Sequence record: PP680568.1
Direction: 5' to 3' (one strand)
Origin: Enterococcus phage VRE9_2
DNA length: 64,000 nucleotides
The translations under genes were made by a program, and so were the position numbers. Positions 1 to 8,394 of this stretch are shown in pieces. The notes beneath the pieces are model-generated. The model was not told the DNA's origin, searched no databases, and worked only from the letters and a program-made list of their open reading frames with translations. Each line of letters opens with the position of its first letter. The stretch's first letter is position 1.

Positions 1-657
1 GAAGAACTTGGTTTAATTGCTGGTTTTGAATTGAAAGGTTTAAGATATAAACTAGACCAAGATATTCTTTTACCTAACCCAAATACAGAATATACTCTAA
101 GCTGGTATGCTAATAAAATTAGTCAAACAGGAACAAGCAAATACTATGTAAAAGTATTAAATACAAAAACTGGAGCAGAAATAGCTGTTTCAGAAGCTTC
201 TGCTGACACTATTGGATATCAACGAATGTCTGTTACTTTTTCAGTAACTAACACAAGTGCAGTTACTATTAGAATTGGTTTAGAAGGAGAAGGAAGCGCA
301 GATGCAACATTATCCGCAGCAGGATTAATGATTAACATTGGTCCATATCCTCTCTCTTGGCAGTCTCATCATGAAGAAGTATATTCTACAAATGTTCGGA
401 TTGATAGTAGTGGTTTGAAAGTATTTAATTCTGATTACGATGGATACAATGTAATGACTCCTAGAGAGTTCGCAGGTTATTATCGTAATGGAGAAGTTTA
501 TGAAAGAGTATTTACTCTAAACAAAGATACAACGAAAGTTAAAAAATTAGAAGCGCAAGAAAGATTTATGATGAGACCTGTGCAAATTGTATCGGTTGAT
601 TCTCCAACTATTCAAGGTTGGGCCTTTGTTGGATACAATGGTGAAGATACTGACTAA
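1..657 (+). CDS. 3' end of a structural (tail/baseplate-type) protein gene. The frame is open from base 1, so the gene starts upstream of the window.
   Basis: Frame 1 is open from position 1 through the stop at 655-657. It heads a co-directional block of large late genes. No catalytic motifs seen. Confidence 0.5.
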   Translation, partial: EELGLIAGFELKGLRYKLDQDILLPNPNTEYTLSWYANKISQTGTSKYYVKVLNTKTGAEIAVSEASADTIGYQRMSVTFSVTNTSAVTIRIGLEGEGSADATLSAAGLMINIGPYPLSWQSHHEEVYSTNVRIDSSGLKVFNSDYDGYNVMTPREFAGYYRNGEVYERVFTLNKDTTKVKKLEAQERFMMRPVQIVSVDSPTIQGWAFVGYNGEDTD

Positions 658-661
658 AAAT

Positions 662-705
662 AAATGGTCATTCCTAATTATTTGGGAGTGACCATTTCTT
701 ATTTC
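662..705 (+). terminator. Putative rho-independent terminator after the first structural gene.
   Basis: Inverted repeat aaatggtca...tgaccattt followed by a T-rich stretch. Confidence 0.35.
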
Positions 706-739
706 CCAAGAGAGAAGAGGAAAAGGAGGAAATTTAATA

Positions 740-3118
740 ATGGCAACAAGTGGAGAGAAATATACTGCTTTTGCTCGACATCGTTTAAATTGTAGATGGT
801 CGATAAATCGACAAGATATTGCTGGTAACTATACCATTGTCACCGGTTTTTTATATTTACAATCTATGGACGCTTACGGAGCTATTCAGGCTTCTGCTGT
901 AGGTCAAGCACAAGTTACAATTAATGGACAAAAACAAACTGAAAACGCAACTTCTCAATTAAGTGCGCGTCAAAATAAATTATTACTAGCTAAAGATTAT
1001 CGAGTAGGACATAATAATGATGGTTCAAAAACGACTACTGTTTCTGGGAGCTATTTTGTAAATGTTACATTCGCAGGAGTTTATTATGGAACAATATCGG
1101 TTGGGAATTTCAATGCAAGCTTACCTAAAATTCCTAGACACAGTTCTTTGAATGCAGTACCAACATTTACAGTTCCTAATGGATGTTCTTTTTCTATTAG
1201 TAGACAATCTAATTTTACTCATAATCTAACTTTTTGGGTCCAAAATAGAGCAAACCCTAATTTATCAGATGATAGTCATTGGACTTATTTAACTAATGTA
1301 GATAATGTTGCTACAAGTGGTAAATTTAATTTTACAGATGGACAACTAGCGACTATTGCACAAAGGATTAAACAATTTGCTGGTAATGGTGGAAATATCC
1401 TAGGAAAAGTTAAATTATGGACGAATGGCGTATCCGGTCTTAGCCAACAACGAACAGTTCAGATTGCTCATCCAGCACCAGTAACACCTAAGTTAGCAAG
1501 CTTTAAATTAACAGCAGGAAACAAACTTGCTATACAATTAGATAATTTTCAATCAAACAATAAATTTAAATATGATATTACATTTAAGTGCGCAGGTTGG
1601 ACTAAATCTTGGAATAATGTAACTACTAATAAAATAGATTGGACTCTAACCCAAGACGAAGTTAACAATATACTTCAAAGATTTACAGGCGCTTCAAAAA
1701 ATGGTTTTGCTATTGAGGCAAATTCAAAATTAGCTGGGAGCCAATATAGGAACACTGTTGGTTCTAGTGGTTCTGCAGAAGTAGATACAAATACAGCATC
1801 TCCCTTAATAACCGAAGGTTTTTCTCATGAAGATACAAATCAGGTGTCTATTGCTATAACAGGTAATAAAAAAATACTTTTAGATAAAAATTCTACTTTA
1901 AGAGTAACAGTTCCTAGTTCAATAATAACAACTAGAGACTATGGTAAGCCAGCTAGTGTTGAGGCATCATTTGCAGGAACCAAAAAAACAGTTAATTATG
2001 CAGAAGGAAATATGGTTTTAGACTTTGGTATTATTACAGGAACAACAGGGAACTTAACTGTGACTGCTATTGACAGTCGAGGATTAAAGGGGAGTGCTTC
2101 TTATGAAGTTACGGTACTTCCATATAATATGCCTGTAATTAATTTTAATGTAAGAAGAAATAACAGTTTTGAAACAGATACTTTAGTTTCAGGTACTTCT
2201 ATTTGGTCTCCTGTTGATGGAAAAAATAAAATTTTATCTGTACAATATCAAATAAGTGGTTCAGACAAGGTAGATATTCCTTTTACTACAGCAGCAAATG
2301 TTTTAAGTATTACAGCGCAAACATTGCCACTGGACAATTCTCAATCTTGGACAGTTACGATATTTATTACAGATAAAACTGGAACATATTCTAGATCGTA
2401 TAATATTACAGAAGGTAAACCCCTAATGTTTATCGACCCAAACCGCAAATCTGTTTCTTTTGGAGATTTTCCAACAACTGGTGAAGAAAGAGGATTACCT
2501 GGCGTTATAGAAATTGAGGCAGAAAGATATCATGATTCAGGCAAAACTGGTATTCAAATGAATAATAGTGATATCTCTGGTCTAAATGGAATATTCTTTT
2601 CTAATGATACAATGAATAATCATGGAGAAGGCTTACATTTTATTAAAAGTGGTAAACCTGTTAATTCTAATAATTTAGATGATTACGACTATGTTTATAT
2701 GAGAGATGGCTCTCTCTATATTAATAATGATAGCGTTCCACTCTTTACTATCAATCCAGAAAAATCTGGTTTTGTAGAGAAAAAATTATGGTCTGGGGCT
2801 TGGTATATCGGTAATACTCAAAGAACAACTATATCTAAAAGTATTTATGCTTGCCCGAATGGTTGGGCATTATTCTTTTCTAAATATTCTAATGGAACAG
2901 CGTCTGATGTAGACTCCGTATGCGTACTTCTTCATAAAGCTACCATACAATCGACCGGTACTAATCATAAACGTGTACTAGTTTCGACATATGCTAATAC
3001 AATAGCAGTTAAAGCTTTTCATATCGAAGACCACGGAAAAACAATTGTAGGTTCTAATGACAACAATAATTCAGGAGAAGGTGCTAAAACAGTATTAAGG
3101 GCGGTGTATGAATGGTGA
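740..3118 (+). CDS. Large virion structural protein, putative tail fiber/baseplate component (792 aa).
   Basis: Large ORF with a strong RBS (aaaaggaggaaa) inside the late structural block. Ser/Thr/Asn-rich, beta-rich composition. No enzymatic motifs. Confidence 0.5.
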   Translation: MATSGEKYTAFARHRLNCRWSINRQDIAGNYTIVTGFLYLQSMDAYGAIQASAVGQAQVTINGQKQTENATSQLSARQNKLLLAKDYRVGHNNDGSKTTTVSGSYFVNVTFAGVYYGTISVGNFNASLPKIPRHSSLNAVPTFTVPNGCSFSISRQSNFTHNLTFWVQNRANPNLSDDSHWTYLTNVDNVATSGKFNFTDGQLATIAQRIKQFAGNGGNILGKVKLWTNGVSGLSQQRTVQIAHPAPVTPKLASFKLTAGNKLAIQLDNFQSNNKFKYDITFKCAGWTKSWNNVTTNKIDWTLTQDEVNNILQRFTGASKNGFAIEANSKLAGSQYRNTVGSSGSAEVDTNTASPLITEGFSHEDTNQVSIAITGNKKILLDKNSTLRVTVPSSIITTRDYGKPASVEASFAGTKKTVNYAEGNMVLDFGIITGTTGNLTVTAIDSRGLKGSASYEVTVLPYNMPVINFNVRRNNSFETDTLVSGTSIWSPVDGKNKILSVQYQISGSDKVDIPFTTAANVLSITAQTLPLDNSQSWTVTIFITDKTGTYSRSYNITEGKPLMFIDPNRKSVSFGDFPTTGEERGLPGVIEIEAERYHDSGKTGIQMNNSDISGLNGIFFSNDTMNNHGEGLHFIKSGKPVNSNNLDDYDYVYMRDGSLYINNDSVPLFTINPEKSGFVEKKLWSGAWYIGNTQRTTISKSIYACPNGWALFFSKYSNGTASDVDSVCVLLHKATIQSTGTNHKRVLVSTYANTIAVKAFHIEDHGKTIVGSNDNNNSGEGAKTVLRAVYEW

Positions 3119-3864
3119 CAAAAGAGAATGAATATAAAGATATAGTGCTTGTTTTAGACGAAAATAATTTTGTTGAACAATGGGCGGAGAATTTGAGTGG
3201 AGAAGGAAATTTTTTTCCGATAACGCTTCCCTCAGATCATCCTTTTTTCTATAATAACATAGCTTCTTTTAAACTTGAAAATTCTGAATTAGTTTTTGTT
3301 GAAGATAAATATATTGAGAATACAAAAAAGATTCAAAAGAATAATTTAGAGATAGCCTGTAAAGAAAAAATTTTAGAAGGTTTTGAATATGAATTTGAAG
3401 GAGAATTTTATCATATAAGTTATTCTGAAAATAAACAAAGTAGGTTTGAAGAAACAAAAACCCTTTTTTCTACAAAAACAATAAACATTATTGATTGGGA
3501 ATTTATTCAAAATAATGGTACTATAGTTATTAAAACATTAGATGAATTAGAATTTTTAACTTTGTATACTTTTGCTAGTATGGTAAAAATGAATAAAATC
3601 AATAAGTTAAATAATAATTTATTCTCTCTTATTGATAATGCAAAAACAGAAGAAGAGATATTGTCGATAAACTGGAATTCTGTGAAAGACGTCTTACCTG
3701 AAAAACCAATTATTGATTTAAATGGAGATGGCGAGATTAGCCAAGAAGAATTTGATGCTTTGATGAAAGAAAATAAAGAACTTAAACAAAAAGTAGAATT
3801 AAATGAAATGGCTTTAGTTGATGCTATTAATATGTTATCTAATATGATTATCGGACAATCTTAA
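3112..3864 (+). CDS. Hypothetical protein with one canonical EF-hand-like calcium-binding loop (DLNGDGEISQEE).
   Basis: ORF overlaps the upstream stop (ATGGTGA overlap). It carries the D-x-N-x-D-G-x-I-x-x-x-E loop near its C-terminus. Confidence 0.5.
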   Translation: MVTKENEYKDIVLVLDENNFVEQWAENLSGEGNFFPITLPSDHPFFYNNIASFKLENSELVFVEDKYIENTKKIQKNNLEIACKEKILEGFEYEFEGEFYHISYSENKQSRFEETKTLFSTKTINIIDWEFIQNNGTIVIKTLDELEFLTLYTFASMVKMNKINKLNNNLFSLIDNAKTEEEILSINWNSVKDVLPEKPIIDLNGDGEISQEEFDALMKENKELKQKVELNEMALVDAINMLSNMIIGQS

Positions 3865-3879
3865 AGGAGGTGATTATTA

Positions 3880-4032
3880 ATGTATCCATATTTAGCAATT
3901 TTTTACGCAAGTCTTATTATCAAAGACCCAGAAGGTTGGAAAGGAAAAGAAAACCAAATTCCGGCTATGATTCGAGAAGATGTTATGAAACTTGTAGATG
4001 AAATGACAAAAAAAGACGTACCCGCCGAGTAA
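3880..4032 (+). CDS. Small hypothetical protein (50 aa), not in the ORF track.
   Basis: ATG at 3880 preceded by a strong RBS AAAGGAGGTGA at 8-nt spacing. Lies just upstream of the holin gene. Confidence 0.4.
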   Translation: MYPYLAIFYASLIIKDPEGWKGKENQIPAMIREDVMKLVDEMTKKDVPAE

Positions 4033-4119
4033 TATTATTTGGTTTAGGAATGCTAGTAGGTTTTTTATTAGCTCTTCTACTCTTTTAATCTCGGCAAAAA
4101 TTAAGGAGGAAATAAAATT

Positions 4120-4449
4120 ATGGCAAATATTGATATGAGTCAAATTCAAGATGTTTTCGCTGCTTTAGTAGCATTTGGTGGTATCTTGGCACCAATCGTA
4201 TTTTATATTATTCAATTAATCAAACCTTTTATCCCTAGCGATTATACTAAATTAATCGCAGTAGTTTTAGGAGGAGGTATCGGAGCAGTATTAGTAGCAA
4301 TTGCTCCTGCTCTTGGAATTGTAGGACTTAACTATATTGTTGGTATAATTGGTGGTTTAATCGGTGGTTATATTGCAACTAACCAATTTGATACTGCTGC
4401 TAAAAAAGGCTTTGAAAAAGGTCTAGACGAAACTAAAACAGAAAAATAA
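4120..4449 (+). CDS. Holin, small membrane protein.
   Basis: 109 aa with two hydrophobic helices and a charged Lys/Glu-rich C-terminus. Has an RBS (aaggagg) and sits immediately upstream of the lysin gene. Confidence 0.7.
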   Translation: MANIDMSQIQDVFAALVAFGGILAPIVFYIIQLIKPFIPSDYTKLIAVVLGGGIGAVLVAIAPALGIVGLNYIVGIIGGLIGGYIATNQFDTAAKKGFEKGLDETKTEK

Positions 4450-4462
4450 ATAAAATAAATCA

Positions 4463-4492
4463 ATAGGCTGTCATTGTACAGCCTATTTTTTT
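4463..4492 (+). terminator. Rho-independent terminator after the holin.
   Basis: Stem ataggctgt/acagcctat followed by TTTTTT. Confidence 0.65.
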
Positions 4493-4526
4493 ACATTAAA
4501 GAGAGTATTTATAAGGAGGTATATAA

Positions 4527-6959
4527 ATGGCTTTTACAGATGATTTTTTAAAAAAGATAAAAGGCGGAGCTTATGCTAGTTGGAAAAACTACAAAGTTTT
4601 ACCTTCTGTTGTTGCCGCTCAGGCAGCATTAGAATCAAACTGGGGTAGAAGTTCTTTAGCAACCCAAGGGAAAAATCTGTTTGGGGTAAAAGGAAGCTAT
4701 AAAGGGCAATCTATTGTTTTTCCTACCCAAGAGTGGACTGGTGGGGGATATGTAACTATTAATGACGCCTTTGCTAAGTATCCTAGCTGGGACGTTTCCA
4801 TTGTAGAACATGGTAAATTAATTGCAGAAAATGCTCGTTATCGTGCTGCTATTGGGAAAACAGATCCTTTAGCCCAAATTACAGCAATTTGGAGTGCTGG
4901 TTATGCAACAGACCCTGCTTATCCAAGCAAAATTATGTCAGTTATTAATGCTAACAATTTAAGGGCATGGGATTTAGACGCTTTTTCTGGTGGAGATGGC
5001 GGAGGATTTAGTGGAGATATAGGTGGAGGAAATGGTTATAAAAATTTTTCTGAAAATCTTATCAAGAAAAATGGCACTACAAGACCAGGATTCAAATTAG
5101 AAGCCATGCAAGCAATTGTAGTTCATGATATTCAAAGCAGTTCTAATTTAGGTGGAATAAGAAATATTCTTAATTCTGGAAATGGTGGACAAAAAATGGG
5201 CTATCACGTTATTGTATCAGAGAATGATGCCCAGTTAGTAGTACCTTTTACAGAAGGAGTTTATCATGCAGAGAGAGGCAAAAGCTTAGTTGCTGGTATG
5301 AGCAATCCAAATAAAAAAACTATCTCTATTGGAGTAGTAACAAAACGTTCATTATCTAATTTTTCTACTAATTTAAATATTAAATTAGCCTTAGTTATTG
5401 CAGAAATATGTAGAACATATAAAATACCTGCAACCGCTGTTTTACCAGCTTGGCAAGTAGATGGTGTAAACGAACCTATTAGCTGGTATAATAATCCTTT
5501 CTTATATACTGCTTTTGTAGGAATGGTAAGTGATGCGATTGAAAAGGGAGAAGATGTAATCACAAATCCTGACTACAATAGTGGCGGAGGAGGAACTGGC
5601 GCTGATGGTTTAATACCAAATGGAGAAGGCGCAATTAAAAATATTATTAAAGAAGCTAATGATTTACTTGGTTCAATGACTTATTCTTGGACAAGACCTG
5701 CTCAAATAAGAAAGGGAGGTTTTGGAGACTGTTCTTCTTTTTGTCAATATTTATATCAAAAACACGCAAATGTTGATATAGGAAGTTATACTGATGCCCA
5801 ATGGTTCGGAAGCTGGGGTAAAAAAGTAGATGTTAAAGATGCTAGAGCAGGAGATTTAATTTTCTTTGCTGGAACATATGCAACTAATATGACAACTACC
5901 CATATTGGTATTGTAATTGGTGGAGGGAAGATGATTGATTTTGGTTCTACACCAGGTCCAAAATTAAATAATTATAATGATAGTTATTGGGGACCAAAAA
6001 TTTATGGCGTAAAACGAATTTTTTCCGATGCAGATTATAATCAATCTCAATCAGGCGGAGAAGATTCTTCAAAACCTACAATCGATCCTAAAGGAACTTA
6101 TGTTGTGAATGTTAAAAAATCAGTTGTTGCAACCAATGCTGATGTTGGTGGAGTATCTCAAAGAAGATTATCTTCTAATGAAGTTTATAGAGTACAAGAA
6201 ATTGGTAAAACTAGTTTACAATTAGCTTCTAATGAATTATGGGTGCCTAAGAGTAGTGACGCAATAACAGTTTCACGATTATCTACACCATCATCTCCTA
6301 TTGGGGCTATTTCAACTAAATTACCTACAAAGGTATATTCTGCTCCTACTTATGTAGCTGAACCAGCAATGGAGAAAGGAACACCAAGAATTCTTCCTGA
6401 AAAAACAAGTATGAATATTTACGCTGTAGAGAATGGTTTCGCTCAAGTGGATTTAGAAAAAAATCATTGGGCTGTAGCTAATTCTACATATGCGACTTTG
6501 AATATTGATTTATCTGAAGAGTTTGTAGAGGATATTAATTTTGAGCAAGGTATTCCAACCTCAACCACTGTAAGAGGACGTTATGAACCAGAAGACTTTA
6601 TTACAGTAGAAAATAGTTTACCAATTAAAAATGGACTAGCTGTAATTGCTCATCCAGATTTATTAGATATTGGTTCAGTAATTAATATAGAAATTCCATC
6701 AGCAACTAAATATAATAGAAAAGCAGTTGTTGTATCAAATAAATTAAACGATTCAGATGGAAATGTATTAGAATTGATATTTACAAATCAAGGAGATCAA
6801 TATAATTTTGGAGGAAGAACTGGAATTATTACATTATTAGAAGTATTAGACAATGATGTAGATATTACAAAATTTATGAATAATCCAGAAGATTATGAAC
6901 AAACTAAAGCTATTCCTCCGAAAACTCCAGAAGGAGGTATGTTAGGTGAGCCAAAGTAA
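4527..6959 (+). CDS. Virion/tail-associated peptidoglycan hydrolase with an N-terminal glucosaminidase-family domain and a central NlpC/P60 cysteine peptidase domain (810 aa).
   Basis: The N-terminus resembles the FlgJ/LytD-type glucosaminidase domain (GGAYASWKNYKVLPSVVAAQAALESNWG). An NlpC/P60-like segment contains Cys (GDCSSFCQY) and His (TTTHIGIV). The long C-terminal extension fits a structural rather than a soluble endolysin. Confidence 0.7.
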   Translation: MAFTDDFLKKIKGGAYASWKNYKVLPSVVAAQAALESNWGRSSLATQGKNLFGVKGSYKGQSIVFPTQEWTGGGYVTINDAFAKYPSWDVSIVEHGKLIAENARYRAAIGKTDPLAQITAIWSAGYATDPAYPSKIMSVINANNLRAWDLDAFSGGDGGGFSGDIGGGNGYKNFSENLIKKNGTTRPGFKLEAMQAIVVHDIQSSSNLGGIRNILNSGNGGQKMGYHVIVSENDAQLVVPFTEGVYHAERGKSLVAGMSNPNKKTISIGVVTKRSLSNFSTNLNIKLALVIAEICRTYKIPATAVLPAWQVDGVNEPISWYNNPFLYTAFVGMVSDAIEKGEDVITNPDYNSGGGGTGADGLIPNGEGAIKNIIKEANDLLGSMTYSWTRPAQIRKGGFGDCSSFCQYLYQKHANVDIGSYTDAQWFGSWGKKVDVKDARAGDLIFFAGTYATNMTTTHIGIVIGGGKMIDFGSTPGPKLNNYNDSYWGPKIYGVKRIFSDADYNQSQSGGEDSSKPTIDPKGTYVVNVKKSVVATNADVGGVSQRRLSSNEVYRVQEIGKTSLQLASNELWVPKSSDAITVSRLSTPSSPIGAISTKLPTKVYSAPTYVAEPAMEKGTPRILPEKTSMNIYAVENGFAQVDLEKNHWAVANSTYATLNIDLSEEFVEDINFEQGIPTSTTVRGRYEPEDFITVENSLPIKNGLAVIAHPDLLDIGSVINIEIPSATKYNRKAVVVSNKLNDSDGNVLELIFTNQGDQYNFGGRTGIITLLEVLDNDVDITKFMNNPEDYEQTKAIPPKTPEGGMLGEPK

Positions 6960-7161
6960 ATCTTTAATTTTAAGAGACCCAAAAGGACAGAATTGGTTGG
7001 TCCGAGTGTATCATGAAGATGGTATCCGTCAATTATACACAACAAAAACTGACGAAGAGGGAGAAAATTCAGTAAGAATTAAAACCTATCAAGGATATTA
7101 TAAACTTAAAATAAGTACTAAAGGACAATTAATAACATTTCCAATTGATTCAATTGGGTAA
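6946..7161 (+). CDS. Small hypothetical protein (71 aa) with a GTG start.
   Basis: GTG at 6946 preceded by AAGGAGG at 8-nt spacing. Overlaps the lysin 3' end by 14 nt. Confidence 0.4.
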   Translation: MSQSKSLILRDPKGQNWLVRVYHEDGIRQLYTTKTDEEGENSVRIKTYQGYYKLKISTKGQLITFPIDSIG

Positions 7162-7253
7162 TATATAAAAAGAATTAGAGGGTATGCAATAACAATGTGC
7201 TTATCCTCTTTTTCAATACTTTTAGAGCAAAAAACAAAAGGAGGAAAAGGATA

Positions 7254-8369
7254 ATGGAAGGATTTAAAAAACACACTTTTCGTGACCATCAAGGGAATAT
7301 TATACTTCCTGAAACAGTCTCAGAAATGGTAAGAGAAACGCCAGATAGACGTTTTGTAGATAATTCTGAAAAACAAATTTTAACTAGATTCGGTGGTAAA
7401 ATTGATATCGTCGACATGTTGATTACTAATGCAGAAGCTATTAGAGCATTGGCTACTCAAGAAGTTGCCTTAACTCAATTAATTGATAAAGTGCCAAATA
7501 ATTTCGAGGACATTGTTTTAACTACAGATGAACTATCACGTTTAGTTCCTTATATTTCACAATTAATTGAAAACTTAAGTTATCCACCAGTTGTAACTTC
7601 TACAACTTCAGGTTTATCTTACGCTTTACAAATTGATGATACAGATCCAAATAATTTAAAACTTAAATTTGCACAACAATCTATTAACACAGGTCAACCG
7701 TTAACTTATGTTAAGGGAGATAAATGGAAAGTACAACCAGGAGTTCCAGATGTATTAGTTGAATTAGTACCAACTCATATAGCTTTTGATAATTCCAGAA
7801 AAACTGTTTTAGTCTTTAACGAAGGTAAAAATTTGGTGGACGTACCAGAAGATGTATTTACAAATATAGTTAATGGTGTTCAAGAAGAAACTGTTGTTGC
7901 AGAAGATGATAATATTCCACAAGCATTTGTACGATTTGCAGTTCGTCATCAATTGCAGGAATTATTCGCTACTTCTAAAAGTTTAGAAAATACTATTTCA
8001 AACTTTACCATTGAAGTATTATCTCAACCAATGGAAGGTACAACAAGTGCATTAACGCAAGCTTATATGAACGGCAATGTAGTACAACCAGTGCGAGAAG
8101 CAAATAAAAAAGAAGATTATACTGCTAATACTTTCCAAAATATTACATGGACAAATAGTTTAGACACTAACTTTATTAGAGAATGGTTAAATGATTCTGG
8201 TGAAGCAGCATTAGTCACTTACGGAAAAGCTAATAATTCTATTAGTATCGCAAAACCAACATTAAAAGTTTATATTAAAAATCCATATATTGGAAAAACA
8301 TTAGTTGCTCAAAATGATATGGATGGTAAATTTAATATCTTAGATTGGGCTATTAGTGAAGAAGAATAA
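7254..8369 (+). CDS. Hypothetical structural protein (371 aa from the revised start).
   Basis: ATG at 7254 follows the RBS AAAGGAGGAAAAGG. The track's upstream start at 7197 lacks an RBS. Confidence 0.5.
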   Translation: MEGFKKHTFRDHQGNIILPETVSEMVRETPDRRFVDNSEKQILTRFGGKIDIVDMLITNAEAIRALATQEVALTQLIDKVPNNFEDIVLTTDELSRLVPYISQLIENLSYPPVVTSTTSGLSYALQIDDTDPNNLKLKFAQQSINTGQPLTYVKGDKWKVQPGVPDVLVELVPTHIAFDNSRKTVLVFNEGKNLVDVPEDVFTNIVNGVQEETVVAEDDNIPQAFVRFAVRHQLQELFATSKSLENTISNFTIEVLSQPMEGTTSALTQAYMNGNVVQPVREANKKEDYTANTFQNITWTNSLDTNFIREWLNDSGEAALVTYGKANNSISIAKPTLKVYIKNPYIGKTLVAQNDMDGKFNILDWAISEEE

Positions 8370-8394
8370 AGGAGAAAAAGGAGGAAAGAACTAA

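Noticed and set aside
3269-3457. Antisense and overlapping short ORFs from the six-frame track. Intervals: 3269-3457, 3892-4149, 5264-5563, 7098-7292, 8981-9217, 9357-9636, 19577-19762, 21736-21933, 23371-23707, 24877-25059, 26437-26768, 31168-31356, 39123-39458, 40476-40703, 40972-41223, 41323-41508, 45165-45392, 47694-48002, 49604-49840, 54459-54722, 55475-56028 and 57657-57857.
   Set aside because: Each lies wholly inside, and antisense or out of frame to, a much longer ORF with recognisable homology. They have low-complexity AT-rich translations and no RBS, as expected for chance ORFs in a 33% GC genome.
7197-7253. Upstream ATG (7197) for the 390-aa structural ORF.
   Set aside because: It has no RBS and lies within a terminator-like hairpin region. 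The ATG at 7254 follows AAAGGAGGAAAAGG.
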